Below are positions 1 through 13,442 of a stretch of DNA of 64,000 bases, piece by piece. Where the stretch lies: assembly GCA_001643675.2 (NCBI GenBank), contig LSRY02000032.1:806001-870000 (forward strand). Direction: 5' to 3'. Both the position numbers and the translations under genes were made by a program. This DNA is from Monocercomonoides exilis PA203 (Eukaryota > Protista > Preaxostyla). Below the pieces are notes generated by a model. The model saw only the letters and a program-made list of their open reading frames with translations. It ran no database searches and was not told the DNA's origin. Each line of letters starts with the position of its first letter. Position 1 is the first letter of the stretch.

Positions 1-3000
1 GAATGAGCCAGAGCGGAGCATCACTTGAAGTTCGGGTTCTAACCGCCAGGTTGGCTTCTTCACGTTCTCTTTGTTGCGGAGGGTGGCATAGTTAGATGGG
101 GAAGCAGTATGAGAAGAGGAGGAAGAGGAAGAAGAAGATGATGATGACGACGACGACGATGCTGATGCAGAAGATGACCCAGTAGGTGTAGAAGCATTGT
201 TGTTATTTGGTGATGAGTTGTTCATAGGCGATGTTGACTGAGCCACTTGGCGTGAGGGAGAGGCTGTTGATGAGGTTGGGATGGGCGAGAGAGCAGGAGA
301 GCCACTGGCAGACGAGGCGCGATGAGGATTTGTGCTGTCACTCCGCTGGGAAGGAGTGTTTGTGGGGGTGTTGGCAGTTCTCAGGTCGCTTGGGGTTGTT
401 CTGGCTGTTGAGGAAGAGGAAGAGGAAGAGGGGGAAGAGGAAGAAGATGATGATGATGTAGACAAGGGAGATGATGATGAAACAGATAAAGAAGAAGAGG
501 AGGTGGACAGCATAGAAGAGCCCTGCGGAGAGTCAGAGATTGACAAGACAGGCTTGACGCTTTTTGGCCTTGTGAACACGATTGTCTTCAAGCGAGTGGT
601 GGAGGCGCCGCCAGGTCGCAGAGTGGAAGCGGGTGGAAGAGAGAAGGAAGAGCGAGAGGCAGAAGAGGGGGAGTCTAAAATGGCAGATGATTGACTGCGG
701 GTGAGGGGAGAGGACAGAGAAGAAGAGGGGGAAGATAATAAAGATGATGATGATGCAGTTGTTGTTGTTGGCAATACTGCTGTAGAAGAAGAGGAAGATA
801 ACGAGGAAGGAGTAGATGAAGTTGATGATGATGACGAAGAAGATGGAGAAGATACTTCATTCTGTGATGCAACAGTATGAGATGCACTAGGCGTCGATTG
901 CAGCTGCCCTGTCTGTCCAATCTTGTTCTGTGGAGGCTGATTGGCTGGCGTGGGTGGTTTGGATGTTGGCGGTGGATGCAGCGGAGGTGCTGGGTGTTTT
1001 GGAGGGGCAGGAGGAGGAGGGACAGAAGGACGATTGAGGGCAGCTTGGGGTTTGAGAGGGGAAGAAGAAGGCTGGTTGGATGAGGATGAGGAAGAAGAAG
1101 AAGAAGAAGGTGAAGATGAAGAGGAGGTTGTATTTGGAGCAGAAGAATGTGGATGAGAAGGAGAGGCAGTTGAAGAAGAAAGGGAAGGATTCTGTGCAGT
1201 TTTTGTGCTTGAAGAAGGTGAATTGGGTGTTGATGAAGAGACTGGTGTCTTTCTGTCAGACGATGCAGAAGATGATTCAGATGGAGAATTCGAAGAAGAA
1301 GCAGATGATGAGGAAGAAGAAGAAGAAGAAGAAGAAGCAGTCAATGAAGAAGGCGAAGTGGAAGATGCGTCTGATGGCATCTGCAGGGCCAGTGGAGTAG
1401 ACAGCTGAGAAGACAAAGCCGATCGGCTGTATTGTTCGATGGCCTCAACGACATTGTGGAGGAGGGGGAATTTCTCGTCGAGATAAGGCACGCTGTAGCA
1501 GATGAAGAAAGGGCGGTCAAAGGAAGCGACGCGGATGATGTTGGAGACGACGATGGAGAGGCAGCGGAAGAAGACGCGGAGCATCTGTGTGTGCATGAGG
1601 GTCCATTCGGCAGGGAAGAAGTAGACTTTGCTGGCAGATTCGACCAGAATGAGGAAAGCATCCACCGCCAGCTGCGGAAGGGCAGGCAGCACAGCCTGTT
1701 CGCAGGTGACTTGGTATGTTTGTTGCACTCGCTGAAGAGAAGTGGTCATCTGCTCAGTCATCGAGGCAGACGCAGATGATGACATTGTGGCTGAAGAGGA
1801 GGCTGATGAGGAAGAGGAAGAAGAGGAAGAACCACTTGTGTTCTCCTTTCCAGGATACACCAGTGCCAACTTCTCTCTGTCCATCAGGATTTCCAACAGG
1901 ACATGCTGAGGGAGTAAATCAAGAATTGACAGAAGTGCTGTCATCAGCTCTGTCTTCAGCAGAGCATGGTGCTGGAAGTGGTCAGCAGCTGGTGTAGGCG
2001 CAATGGGCGCGACCTCTGCTGCCTCTTTCTTTTTCCCTTTTTTGCTCTCCTTCTCACCAGACTCTGTGTTGTGTGCCTCTTCCCCTGTGATCACCCCATC
2101 CACCGGCACACGATAAGGAGCCTTCAGAAACTGCTCTACAAATGTGAGCTCGTCTAATGCCAAGATGGACAGCCAGCTGAGCAGCGGGCGGACGAGGCGG
2201 ATGAGCGGAACAATGCTCTTTGCAGGGTCCTTGTCGTGTGTGGAGACGAGGGTGATCAGCTTCGTGAGCGGGTCTGTCACTTGGAAGGTGAACACACGCA
2301 GATGGTCAGCAATGATCTCACATACATCCTGCATTAATTCACCTCTCGTGCTCTCGTCGATGAAGAAAGGCATGTCCATCACACGAGACACGAATGTCAG
2401 CTTGTGTGAGAAGAAGGTCGAGTACTGCTTGTCGTCCACATCCCCCACCCGCAGCATCCGGCTGCAGAGGCGGTGGATCTGCTGGCTGCAGTTCTGCTTG
2501 TCAAAGGCACACGAGATCTCATTCAGTGAGTCCACAAGCCCCTGCACCAGCGTCATCTGCACGAGCTTCAGGTTCACCTCTGTCGAGTGGAGGAAGAAGG
2601 ACATTGTGCAGAACAGACGCGAATAGCGCTGTGCACAGTCATTCAAGTGGACAATGGAGAAGTCGTCGTCTGTGATGGCTGGCGGCGCTGGGGGCACTTT
2701 GTGGGCAGAAGGCTCTGTTAAAGAAGAGCTGTCGCCTTCGCTGGCAGAATGAGAGGCAGAGGAAGATGAAGATTCAGCAGCATTCAGGGGCTCTGGATGT
2801 TGTTGATGATGATGCTGTTGTTGTTGTGAGTGTTTATCATTCATGTTGCCTGCCTTTCCGTGTTCTGCCTCTGCCTTCTTTTCAGCCTCGGCCTCAGCCA
2901 CTTTCTCTGAGAACTGCTCCCAGCTCTTGTTGACAAACATGAACAGATACTTCAGCGCCCCAAACGTCTCCACAGGATTCTTCTGTTTGCTGTATGGGTT

Positions 3001-5972
3001 GTATTCCTGGCCAGGAGATGGACAGAAACCCTCGATAAGCTTCAGGATCTGCTGATACGCCAAAGGAGAGTAGAATCTGTCGCGGATGTAGCAGGTCAGC
3101 AAAGAATGGTATGTTTTGTGCAGCTTCTGTAGCTTCCGGAAGAAGTATGTGAGCGAATCAAACGCTGACTCTTGTTCAGCCAGAGTGCACACACGCAGTG
3201 GCGGGAACACGTTTTCGTGGGCTACCAGCTCAAGCCCTTTAATCCGTTTGAAGTGCTCTTCAGAACTCTCTTCACCAGATGCAGATGAAGACAAAGCCTG
3301 TTCAACTGCCCTGTATTTGTCTGAAAACCTTCCAGAAGACGCACCAGCCGCTGCGCCATCACTCCCATCTGCCCCATTCTCACCTCCTGCTGTATTGGTA
3401 GCACCGCCCTGTAAAGCCATCGATCCTCTGGCTGAACCTGATGTCTCCTGTGTGCGGGAGAGGTCTGTGTAGAGCGGGACCATGTGGAAGTGGGAGGTGG
3501 AGCAGCCGCTCGTGATGATGGAGAAGATGGAGTCGAGAAGCGTTCCGAAGATCTTCACAACAACACCCAGCGGCGCCAGCTTGAACTCGCTCCAGCACTT
3601 GTCAATGGGGTGTGGGTTGCGCTGGAAGGTGAGGATGCGATGGAGGTTCTTCTGGTTGCTGATGCGTGTCGATGCAAACTGGATGTTCACGCCCAGGTGC
3701 TGCGTCTTCTTCCACTCGCGCCATTGAGTGAAGTAGGTCATCTTCTCCACATCGTTCTTGTCCCACTTGGTGATCGCCAGCTTCTTCAGCCCGTTCTCCA
3801 CATACGAGGGCATGTCTGCCCCTTTTTCCTTGTTGAGCACTGTAATCTCTCCTTTCTTCTTCAGCCCCGACATCCCGTGCTGCCCTTCCTCGCCGCTCCA
3901 CCCTTCGTCCGTCAGCCGCAGGAAAGAGTAAGCAAACGGCTGGTCGTCCTCTTTCCGCGTGGAGATGTGCTTCAGCTTGAAGAACAGGTGCACTTTGTCC
4001 AGCATCTCGATGGGGATCTCCAGAATCAGCTGCTCTTCCCACTTCGGGTGGTTGTTGTGGTAGAAGACGATTGATTCATACGAATTAGTTGCAACAGACT
4101 TCCACCCGCGCCCTGCTCTTATCCAGTTGCCAATCGGCATCTCGCACTTGGGGAAGATGGAGCAGGGGGGATTGGTGTTGGAGGAAGAGGATGATAAAGG
4201 AGTCAAAGAGGAGGTGGAAGAGGAAGAGTTGTTGGAGAAGGAGGCTGAGGAAGAGGAGGTGGAGGAGGAGGAAGTAGAAGATAATGAGGATGAAGAATTT
4301 GATGCAGAAAGCGATGGCTCTGGTGGGTTTGCTCTGATTTCCACTTCGACCTGGATGTTTCTTTCGCTCTTCTTCTGCCCTTTCACCATTTCTGCATAGT
4401 CCAACGTGAGGTAGATTTGATGCCTTGACTCACAGGGATCTCCACTCTCAGGCAAGGAAAGTGTGTTCAGTGGGTGGAATGTGGGTGGGCGTGAGTACTC
4501 CTTGCGGATTTCATCAATCACCTCATCGTATTCCCCGTGGTACACACACAAAGAGAATGACAAGCCCGCAGACTCCTTCACCTCCTCCAGATGCTTGTCG
4601 ATCACCAGATAGCCCATGATCATGTCGAACTGCTCTTCCTTCACCAGATACACCTTTCTGTTCAGATACTCTGCTTTCTTGCCTGGATTTGCGTACAGGT
4701 CGTCGATTCTGGCCTGCCCTGACTTCAGATTTTCTTCGTTTGGGATGAACTGCATTCCTGAGTTGCCGAAGCGAGACATCGTCGACGAAGGCATCGCAAG
4801 CGTCATCAGCCCTTGTGACAGTGATACACGCTCAGTGGAGCTGGATTCATCTGTTGAGGCATTGCCTGTGTTTGACTGAGAAGATGAAGAGGAAGAAGAA
4901 GAGGAGCAGGAGGAGGAGGATGTGTATGTTGGTGGTTGATTGACTCCAGCAGGAGGAGGAAACAGAGTGGATGAAGAAGAGGACGAAGAGGATGAAGAAG
5001 ACGAAGGTTGATCAGAAGTGGAATAGCCAAAGCCGTCGCCGTCAGATGAAGTGGAACGCTGTGAAATGAACGGCTTTTTCTTCAGCTCCTTCAGATATGG
5101 CGAAAGCTTCCCCAGTTTCAGCATTCCTCCTCCAAACGGCCGCTTGTATGTAGCATCCGGCGAGTTGTCCTTGTCGTCTTCCAGAAGCTTTCCGCGTCGG
5201 ATGATACGATAAAACAATGAAACACTTGAATCAAAGTCGGACGGTCGTAAGTTCTTGAAGATAGCCACGTGGTTTGATGGAAATTTGAATGGCGCATTCA
5301 TCGTGCTTGGCGGAGGTACTTGGAAGCAAAACTCTTCAGTGATTGCAACATCCTTGGAGAGAGTTTTGTCGAATCTACATAGGGTGATGTGTACATCCAA
5401 TTTATCAAGAGTCTGCATTGTGAAAAAATAAATTCATTTTCATAATTCATTGTAATGAAATTTCGAAAATAAATTTTTAAAATAAAATTAACAAAAAATC
5501 ATCAAACATGTATTTGAATTGTATCTATTTCCAAAACGAGCTGAAACATTGTTTCAAGTGGCTCCTCTTCTTTTGGTAAAGGTGGAAGAGCATCGCGAGA
5601 TTGTTTGAAAAATAGCGAAGAAGGATAAGCAAAATGAGTTTTTGTGAATTTTTCTGATAAAGGAGGTAGATCGTCTTCTTTGTTGGGATTTTGTTTTGGA
5701 CTTTCAACTGTTTTCTCTGGTTTGCTTTGTGAAGGAGTGGTATTTTCTTGAGTTATTGAAATGGATTTCATTGGTTTTAATTGCGAATAATGCGGAGGAA
5801 ATTGCTCTTGCATATCAGTAAAATCTTCGTCTGTGATCAAGTCGTATTTATCTTCTTTTTCTGCTTCTTTTTCTTTCAATTTATCAACGGGTATGGCAAC
5901 AGTTCTATGGAACAAATACGATTCCGGCGTCACGCCTTGAAACACTTTATTGAGATTGCCTGTCTGAAACAT
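1..5972 (-). CDS. DOCK-family (DOCK180/DOCK-A/B-like) Rho/Rac guanine nucleotide exchange factor; 3' part lies beyond the window edge
   Basis: Exon 1 is 5972-5508, then a GTTTGA..CAG intron at 5507-5413, then exon 2 from 5412 reading open in the segments I translated down to base 1. It is absent from the ORF track, consistent with having no stop in the window. The translation shows DOCK hallmarks: YKRPFGGG; SRHQIYLTLDYAEMVKGQKKSERNIQVEVEI and YESIVFYHNNHPKWEEQLILEIPIEMLDKVHLFFKLKHIS (DHR-1/C2-DOCK); and YFFPAEWTLM (armadillo region). The DHR-2 catalytic domain is not seen in the window. Confidence 0.85.
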
Positions 5973-6280
5973 GGCATCTCGTTTCTTATTGGAAAAAAAG
6001 AAAGAATTTAAATGTCAAATCCGTTGATGTTCAAAGTTGGCATTACAAACAAAATCCGAAACGAATATTTTTAAAGCATTCAATAATTATCAATTAAATA
6101 AAATAGCAATTTCCATACGAGGCGAATAGTTTCCATTTAAGAAAATGAAATAAGAAAAGATCTAACGCAAAGATGAGAAGAAGAATCTAAGGTTCATTTG
6201 ATCGGCAGAAAAGAAAATATTAAATTTTAAAAAAGAAAGAGAGATTAATCACAAAAAATTGAAACAAAATCTTAATTAAA
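5973..6280. promoter_or_regulatory. Putative bidirectional promoter (DOCK / WBP4)
   Basis: 308 bp of AT-rich DNA between divergent start codons; no motif identified. Confidence 0.45.
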
Positions 6281-7783
6281 ATGTCATCGAATCAGTATAC
6301 ATCTCATATGCATTATTGCAAGATTTGCAACTCGTGGATATCAGGAGATTACAATTGGGCAAGACATGAACAAGAGCAAAAACACCAAAAAAATGTTCAA
6401 AGAATGAAGCAAGAGATGAAAGAAAAAAGTGATTATGAAGAGAAATTACAAAAAGAACTTGTGAGAATGAGAAGGGTATGCTCAAATTTTAGGAAATATT
6501 GATAATTTATGTTCTTTTATACAAAAAGAAAGCAGAAGCAAGTTCATCTGCAGATAGTTTTATGTTATATCAAGAATCTGCAGTTTCTTCGGGAAGGATT
6601 GGATTTTCAGGTCCCTCAGCACCTTTTGTTCCTGAAACTGAAGAAGAAAAGCAAAAAAGACGAGAGGAAGAAGCAATTCACAAAGCCGTTCAAGAACGGT
6701 TTGCATTGCCATCTGGGTGGAGCGCTCATACGGATAATACAAGTGGACAAACATATTATTTTAATGAGCTTACAAAAAAATCTCAGTGGGAACGCCCAAT
6801 GTTGAGTGCGGAGGAACTCAAAGAAAAGGAAGAACAAAAAGAAAAGGAGGAATTGGAAAAAGAATTAAAAGAAAAAAACGAACAAGAAAAGCTGAAAGAG
6901 CAAAAAATTGAGGCATTACTTGAAGCAGAAGGAATTACAGTTGAGAAAAAAGAAAGTATTGACGATTCATCAAAAAAAAAGAGTAAAAAATTATTGTTGG
7001 AAGAGGAAATGGCAAAATTTGAGGAAGAAATGAGAAACTACGATCCAAAAAATCGTTATGGAAAATGGGTTGTTACAGATGGGCCTTCTGAATTAATAAA
7101 ACGTTCTGAAGAACTTAAGAAACGAGACAAAGAACGGGAGCTCCAAGCTGCACAACGGTTTGTTAAAAAGATTGACACATTTTTTTAATTTAATTTTTTT
7201 TTCTTTTAATAAAATAATCTTTTCTAATATTTGTTTGCTCTTTAAATTGAATATCTTTTTTTTTTTTAACAAATTGAATTTTATACTGATTAGAGAAGAG
7301 AAAGAACGAAGAAGAGTTGAAGCTGCAATGCAGAGCGGGTTTAGCTACGGAGAGGGTATGTCTGGAGGAGATGAAGGAGAAGACATCGATGAGGAAGAAG
7401 CTGGAATTATCCGAAGGGGCCTTGATGATGTCTCGAAGTTTCATTCCACGCTCAAAGAGATCAAACAATCGAGAATGAACAATGAAGACATTGGTACTTC
7501 ACTTTCAGATGGCAGTCAGAGTCTTCTGCTTGCAGGTGTTAGCAATAAGAAAGATCTTCGTCTTCTTGAGCAACTTCCAACAGAATTGCTAAATCTTGAA
7601 ATGCCTCGCAAAAGGAAAAGAGAGGAAGAAAGTGAAAAAGAAGCATTTGAGGCAGACATAGCAAACAAAGAGAAGAATGTTAATGATTCAGGTGTTAAAG
7701 AGAATAAGAAAATACGCCTGCATAAATCCAATTCTACCCCTGTGGAAAAGAAGATCTCATTTTCATTAAAGAAAGTGAAATGA
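6281..7783 (+). CDS. WBP4: WW domain-binding protein 4 / FBP21-like spliceosomal protein (U1C/matrin-type zinc finger + WW domain)
   Basis: Exons 6281-6475, 6529-7157 and 7294-7783 join in frame. N-terminal HYCKICNSWIS...HEQEQKHQKNV zinc finger, WW domain LPSGWSAHTDNTSGQTYYFNELTKKSQWERP, and a C-terminal YGKW motif. Confidence 0.8.
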
Positions 7784-8008
7784 AAAACTCAAATTGTCAC
7801 ATTAGCCGTATTGAAAAAGTTTTGAGTTAGCATTTGTTTCTATTCAGTATTTGCTCTGAAAGATAACGAATGATAAATTTAAGCTGCTTTTTCGAAGCAG
7901 GTTATTATGCATTTAAATTCAAAATGCTGCCTCGTTTAATGTGAGTTGAATATTGTCTTATTTGATTCGGAAAAAAAATAATTGATCATATACTTAATAA
8001 AATAATTT

Positions 8009-11000
8009 ATGAGCGCTGCATGTTTATTCTTCTTTTTGCACTCGTTCATCTGTTTTTCTCAGGAATATGAGTGCAATTTAAATCAAACAGAATTTACAAC
8101 TGTTTCAACTTTGACAAATTGCTTAAAAACATTTGAAGTTTGAGACATTTCTCTCAAAAACGTAAATTATCATATTATATTCCTTTTAAACAATGTTTTT
8201 ATTCCATCTCACTCGCGTCTTAATTTTATTAGTTCAATGATTTTAGAACCCTGACACAGGACTTGAAAACATATCTGGAAAGCTATGCATACAGAGATAA
8301 AATGCTCAATCCTCCTGCTCCATATCAATCACTTGCTGTTGATTTGCTTTCAGAATTGGATAACATTAATAGTGACTCTAGTACTGATGGGTTTTCTTTA
8401 AATATGAATATTGTTCAACTTCTTACAAAAATGAAAGATCCTCACACAACATATACTATGCCTTGCTACAATTATTATGGATATTTTTTACCATATTCTT
8501 TTACCATTGCATATAGCGAAGTTGATGGAGCTCCAAATGCAGTAATAGCAATCCCAGGTGCTCTTGAATCTTTGTATACTGCATGTTTATACAGAGGACT
8601 TGTTGAAGATATAACAGAAAAGAAAATATTGAATATATCTTTGGATGGTTCAAGTTATCCCGCGGAGCAACCATGGGAAACAATTGTCAAGTGGGCCGAT
8701 GACTACATTGGAATGTCTAGAAGTAGAGCTGCTCGATTAAATGCAGCACTTCAGATGCAATTATCCTACAGACTTGCAGGTGTGTTTCCTCCACCTCCTT
8801 CAGATTCGATGAAAGTTAGATATGAAGACAGTGATGGAACTGTGAAAGAGGCAGTGATTCCATGGTTTGGGATGGCTGCTCAGGATGCTTATGGATCCAT
8901 AACTGCATTGTGCAAGACAAAACAAGCTGTGAAAGAAGAGGAAGCCTCTGAGCAAGATCAATATCCTGATTCAATTCAGGTTAAACGACCAGGAACATAT
9001 TTGGATCAGAATATTACAACCGCTCGTGCTTCTTCTGCGAGCGCATCCCATTTTCTATCCAAAACTTCAACTGTTGTGACCAAAGCTAATGAAGACGGAA
9101 GTGAATCTGCAAAAAATCGTATTAGAAAGCGTCAAGTGGAAAGAGAGCAACAGCTGTTCCAGGAAATGCTGAAGCCAACACTGAAAGGAAAGCCATTTGG
9201 AGATACTAATTTTACTTCAGACGAAGATAAAATGTCAAATGGGATACCTAACATACGCTTTTCTGCGAATGTGTTGGAAGCATTCGCAAATGAAACCAGG
9301 GCTTCATCATTTCTTTCTTCAAAAAAGCGAACTTCAAATGCTTTCAATGCCCGCAAATCATCCAAAATGAATAGTAAATCAACCAAATTAATAATGAAGC
9401 AAAGAAGAGGGGAACGAGTTTATGCTTCAAATGGAAAGAAATATCGAACGTTTTCGAAAGATATACGACACATTCAACTAATTCAAAGCAACTTTTCATC
9501 TTATACCAACGATTTAAGCGGATCTGCAGACTTTTCTCAGCAGAAAGAGAAGATTCAACAACAAAGTGAAAATAAGCTTTCTTCGTTGCTTCGCACACTC
9601 ACACATCGAAGAAAGAAAGATGAGCAAAATTTAGTCAAACGAAATTCTCGTGTTATATCTTCACTTAATTCTGCTGTTAATGCAGATGATACTGGTGGAT
9701 CTGAAGAAGATGACCCTATTCAAGTTATTCAATTATTTGGCTCGTCCTTCATGAATGCATTCCATGTGCCTTCAATGAAGCTCGGCATTGTGAATCTTGA
9801 CACATTCAGCCCGTCAAATTACGACCTATTTGTGGCAGCGGTGTTTCAGACATTTGAGTGGATGCACAATACGAGCAATGGAGTAGAGCGTGTGATTATC
9901 GATGTGAGAGGCAACTCTGGTGGGTATGTCGATCTTGGGACTGGTCTGCTTAATCTTTTGTGGCCGGACATGTTTCCGCTGTACGGTCGAAACTCATTTG
10001 TGAAGGGGCAGATCAACATGCTGATTGGCGATGAGATGGGAAACAGCGAAGACACAGTGATAACTGAGTATGAGACTCTTCAGCCGCTCAAGGACTGGCT
10101 TAGTCCGAATGAGACTCGCACAGAAGTCAGCATTGATGGGAGTACGCGACGAAGTCGGAAATGGACGCAGCAGTTTTCTCGCAACAACGAAAAGGGGGAT
10201 ATGTTTCTGAAGTGGGCAAGATCGGTCACTTGGAAAGGAGAGCGACTTTTTGATCCGCAGCACATTCTGATTATTTCAGATGGGCTCTGCGGCAGCACAT
10301 GTGCGCAGTTTACGAAGCATATTTCAGAGTTTCACCTCGCAAAAGTTGTTGTCATCGGGAGTGATCCACTTGATCCAGATGCAGATGTGGACATCTCGTC
10401 CTTTTGTGGGGGCAATGTCATTCAGGATGAGACAGTGCGTGAGTATGTGTCTGATCCCAGCACTCCGCACACTGTGGACGAAATGCCTGCTGACTTCACA
10501 TATGTCGGCCAGTCGTTTTCGTGGACGATGATGGATGCAACCAGCTGGCTGTATGATGAAGGTGATGTCTCGATGGAGTTCAAGATATGCCCAGCTGATC
10601 TTGTTATTCCATATTCTGCAACACCACATTCAATGGATCTGCTGCCTCGACTGGAAGTTGCAGTCAACTTGGCGGATGTGATGGCATTTCCTGCTGAATG
10701 GGAAGTGCTGGAAAATGGAGAGTGCATGCAGCAACATACTGCACCAACAATAACTTCTTCAATTTCTTCTGGTCTTTCTTCAAAGGGTGGAAAAGCTAAC
10801 ATTGAAGAGATTAACAGAACTGCTTCAAAAAGTGATTCTCACAAAAGGGGGAACAGACTCGTGAAAAGACTTGCAAATTCCATCTATGGCAGACCTGTGG
10901 ATTCATCAACCGGAGAATTCTCAACTGCACAATGTGCGTTTTCTCGTTGTGTGCCTGGCTATTTTCTGAATTCCAAGGGTGCCTGTCAACCAATACCGAA

Positions 11001-12333
11001 TGTGAATAGCCCTCTGCAAGAAGTGATTGAGCCTGCTTATGTCATGTGGGAGGACGGGACGCCTGGCGAGCCTGATCCAATCGATCCGCCTGGCCCAGAC
11101 GTGCCACCTGGTCCTTCTGAACCAGAAAATCCAACTGACCCCGGGCAGGACACAAACACCTCAAGTCCGATAACGAAGAGCCCAGGATTAACAACGCAAG
11201 AGCTTGTGATAATTATTGTGCCTATTGTTGTGGTGGTGCTGCTGATTGTAGTTATCGTAGTTGTAATTCTGTTTGTCGTTCGGAAAAAGCGCCAGACAAA
11301 GTCAATGAAATCGTCCAATGATGAAGACTCTCAAAGCTACGCGAGCGGTTCGTTGGCAAGTGTGAGCAAGGATAGCGTTTCCAACATGGAAGCATCCATT
11401 ACGGCACCAGAATATACTGAAAACACATGTAACATTAGCAAAGGTACATATTCCATGTCTGAAATGATTGCACTTGAGCCTGTTGATCCGCCAGAAAGTA
11501 CTGTTTCAACAGCTTCTCTATTGAAAAGCACTTCAATGAAGCCGTTGTTGATGTTGCCAGAAGGCGATTCGCAGGGGAAAAAAGGCAAAAAGAACAAAGA
11601 CAAAAAGAAAAAGGGAGAAAAGAAGAAGAAGAAGAAAGAAATTGAGATGGAAGAGGAAGATATTGACGATGAAATCAGTAAAGAAGAGAAAAAGAGTGCA
11701 AAGAAGAAAAAGAAGAAAGAGCAGAAAGCAAAAGAAAAGGAGATGGAGTCTAAGATAGAGAAAGAGAAAGAGAAAGAGAAAGAGAAGAAGGAAAAGGAAC
11801 TTGAAAATCAAAAAGTTTATCCAAAACCACAAAAATCGGAAGAGAAAAGTGAAGAAAAAGTCGATGTTTCAGAAAAGAGCAAAAAAACTGTTGCAAAGCC
11901 AAAATCAAAGCAGCCTGTTAAACCCAAAGGAAAAATTAAGAGAAAAGTTGAAAGCGACGACGATGATGATGATGACGATGACGATGATGACGAAGAGGAA
12001 GAGGAATCAGAATCGGATGAAGAAGAAGAGATTTCAGTCAAACCAAAACCAAAAAAGACAAAACAAATAACTAAAGCTGTTTCAGGAAACAAAAGTGTTG
12101 CATCAGCTGTTCAGCAGAAAGAAAGCAAAAAGGATACAAAAATTGAGGGTAAAAGCATTGAGAATGATTCGAATCAAAAACAAACCAGCAAAAAGATAAC
12201 GCCTGTGAAACCTGGGGCAAAAACGGCAAAGGCTGTTGAAGCACAAAAGAAGGTAATGAAAAGAAAGATAGAAGAAAGTAGTGATGATGAAAGCAGTTCA
12301 TACGAAGATGATGACAGCGATGAAGATGATTAA
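8009..12333 (+). CDS. Type-I membrane S41-family (tail-specific/CPAF-like) serine peptidase with signal peptide, single TM helix and Lys/Glu/Asp-rich cytoplasmic tail
   Basis: Exon 8009-8137 (MSAACLFFFLHSFICFS signal-like) plus a GTTTGA..TAG intron at 8138-8232 joins in frame to the 1356-aa ORF. Motifs MKDPHT, IIDVRGNSGGY and ILIISDGLCGSTCAQF are typical of S41 peptidases. TM segment LVIIIVPIVVVVLLIVVIVVVILFVV is followed by RKKR. Confidence 0.8.
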
Positions 12334-13442
12334 ATCGATAATTGTTTCTGATTAATTAGTGCAAGTGACGAAACAGCTGTTCTTTTTGTTTCTCACTTCA
12401 TGATATTATTATTTATTGTGATATTTTTTATGATATTATTTATTTTTTTGATTGTGTGTAATAGAAAAGTTCATCATATATTATTCAAATTATAATGTTT
12501 TATTTTTTTTTTTTTTTGATGTCATTCATTTCACCAACTATTATTTTCTAAATTAATCTAATATGCAATAATTACAGATTTGCAAATGTTTGATAAATGA
12601 AACAAACAAATAAACAATTTTTAGTAAAATGAAAAGAAAGAGACAAAAAATGGAATGTGGAACATTAACATTACAGAAATTATTGAATGAATAACTTTTA
12701 TAACAAGTCTTTTCAAATTTATTGGGTTTTGTGATTCAGATATTCAGAAAATTGTGCAAATAAATCATAAATTCATATCAAAGAGCTCAACTCAAAGCAG
12801 TAAAAACAGAAAATAAATGTATGCATATGAAAAATCTTATTGATAATTGAAATTAAATTTGTGAAATAAATGTAAATGCAATAAGTGGTTCAAGACTTTT
12901 TCAATTTTTTAACAATAATAAAGAAAATCTTAAAATTAAGAAAAGAATATTTGAATTAATTGAATGGAATGAATTTCAAAAAGTCAAAAATTTTACACCT
13001 TTATCATGAAAATATGACTTTTTTATTTTTAAATCAAAATGAATCATTTTCTGCTTGAACATTATTTCTCTTTTTCATTCAATTTTTCAAAGGGAACTAT
13101 CAAATATTCATTTAAAGCTTTCTGCCACTTTGAAATTTTTATGAATATTTTCAATTATTAATTTGTATCAAAAAAAGAGTGTTTCTTTTTTAAAATCCAG
13201 TTTTTTGAATAAAAATTTCGTTTTATCCAAATAACATAAAGACTTGAAAATCAATACAACAAATAAAAAAATGGTTTTTATTCAATGAGAAATCAAAGAA
13301 CTGTTTCTGTTATTTGCATAAAAATATTTTTTTTATTCACAAATAATCACAAGGACCTTTATCATTATTCAATTTTTTGAACAAAATTATTTTGAGCTCT
13401 CAAATAATTTTTGTGATTGCAATTATTTTCATATATATAAAT

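Noticed and set aside
231-4879. Many plus-strand ORFs rich in poly-Glu/Asp or Lys/Met
   Set aside because: They are antisense shadows of the Ser-rich DOCK CDS on the minus strand (TCT/TCA/TCC read as GAA/GAT/GAG or AAG/ATG in other frames).
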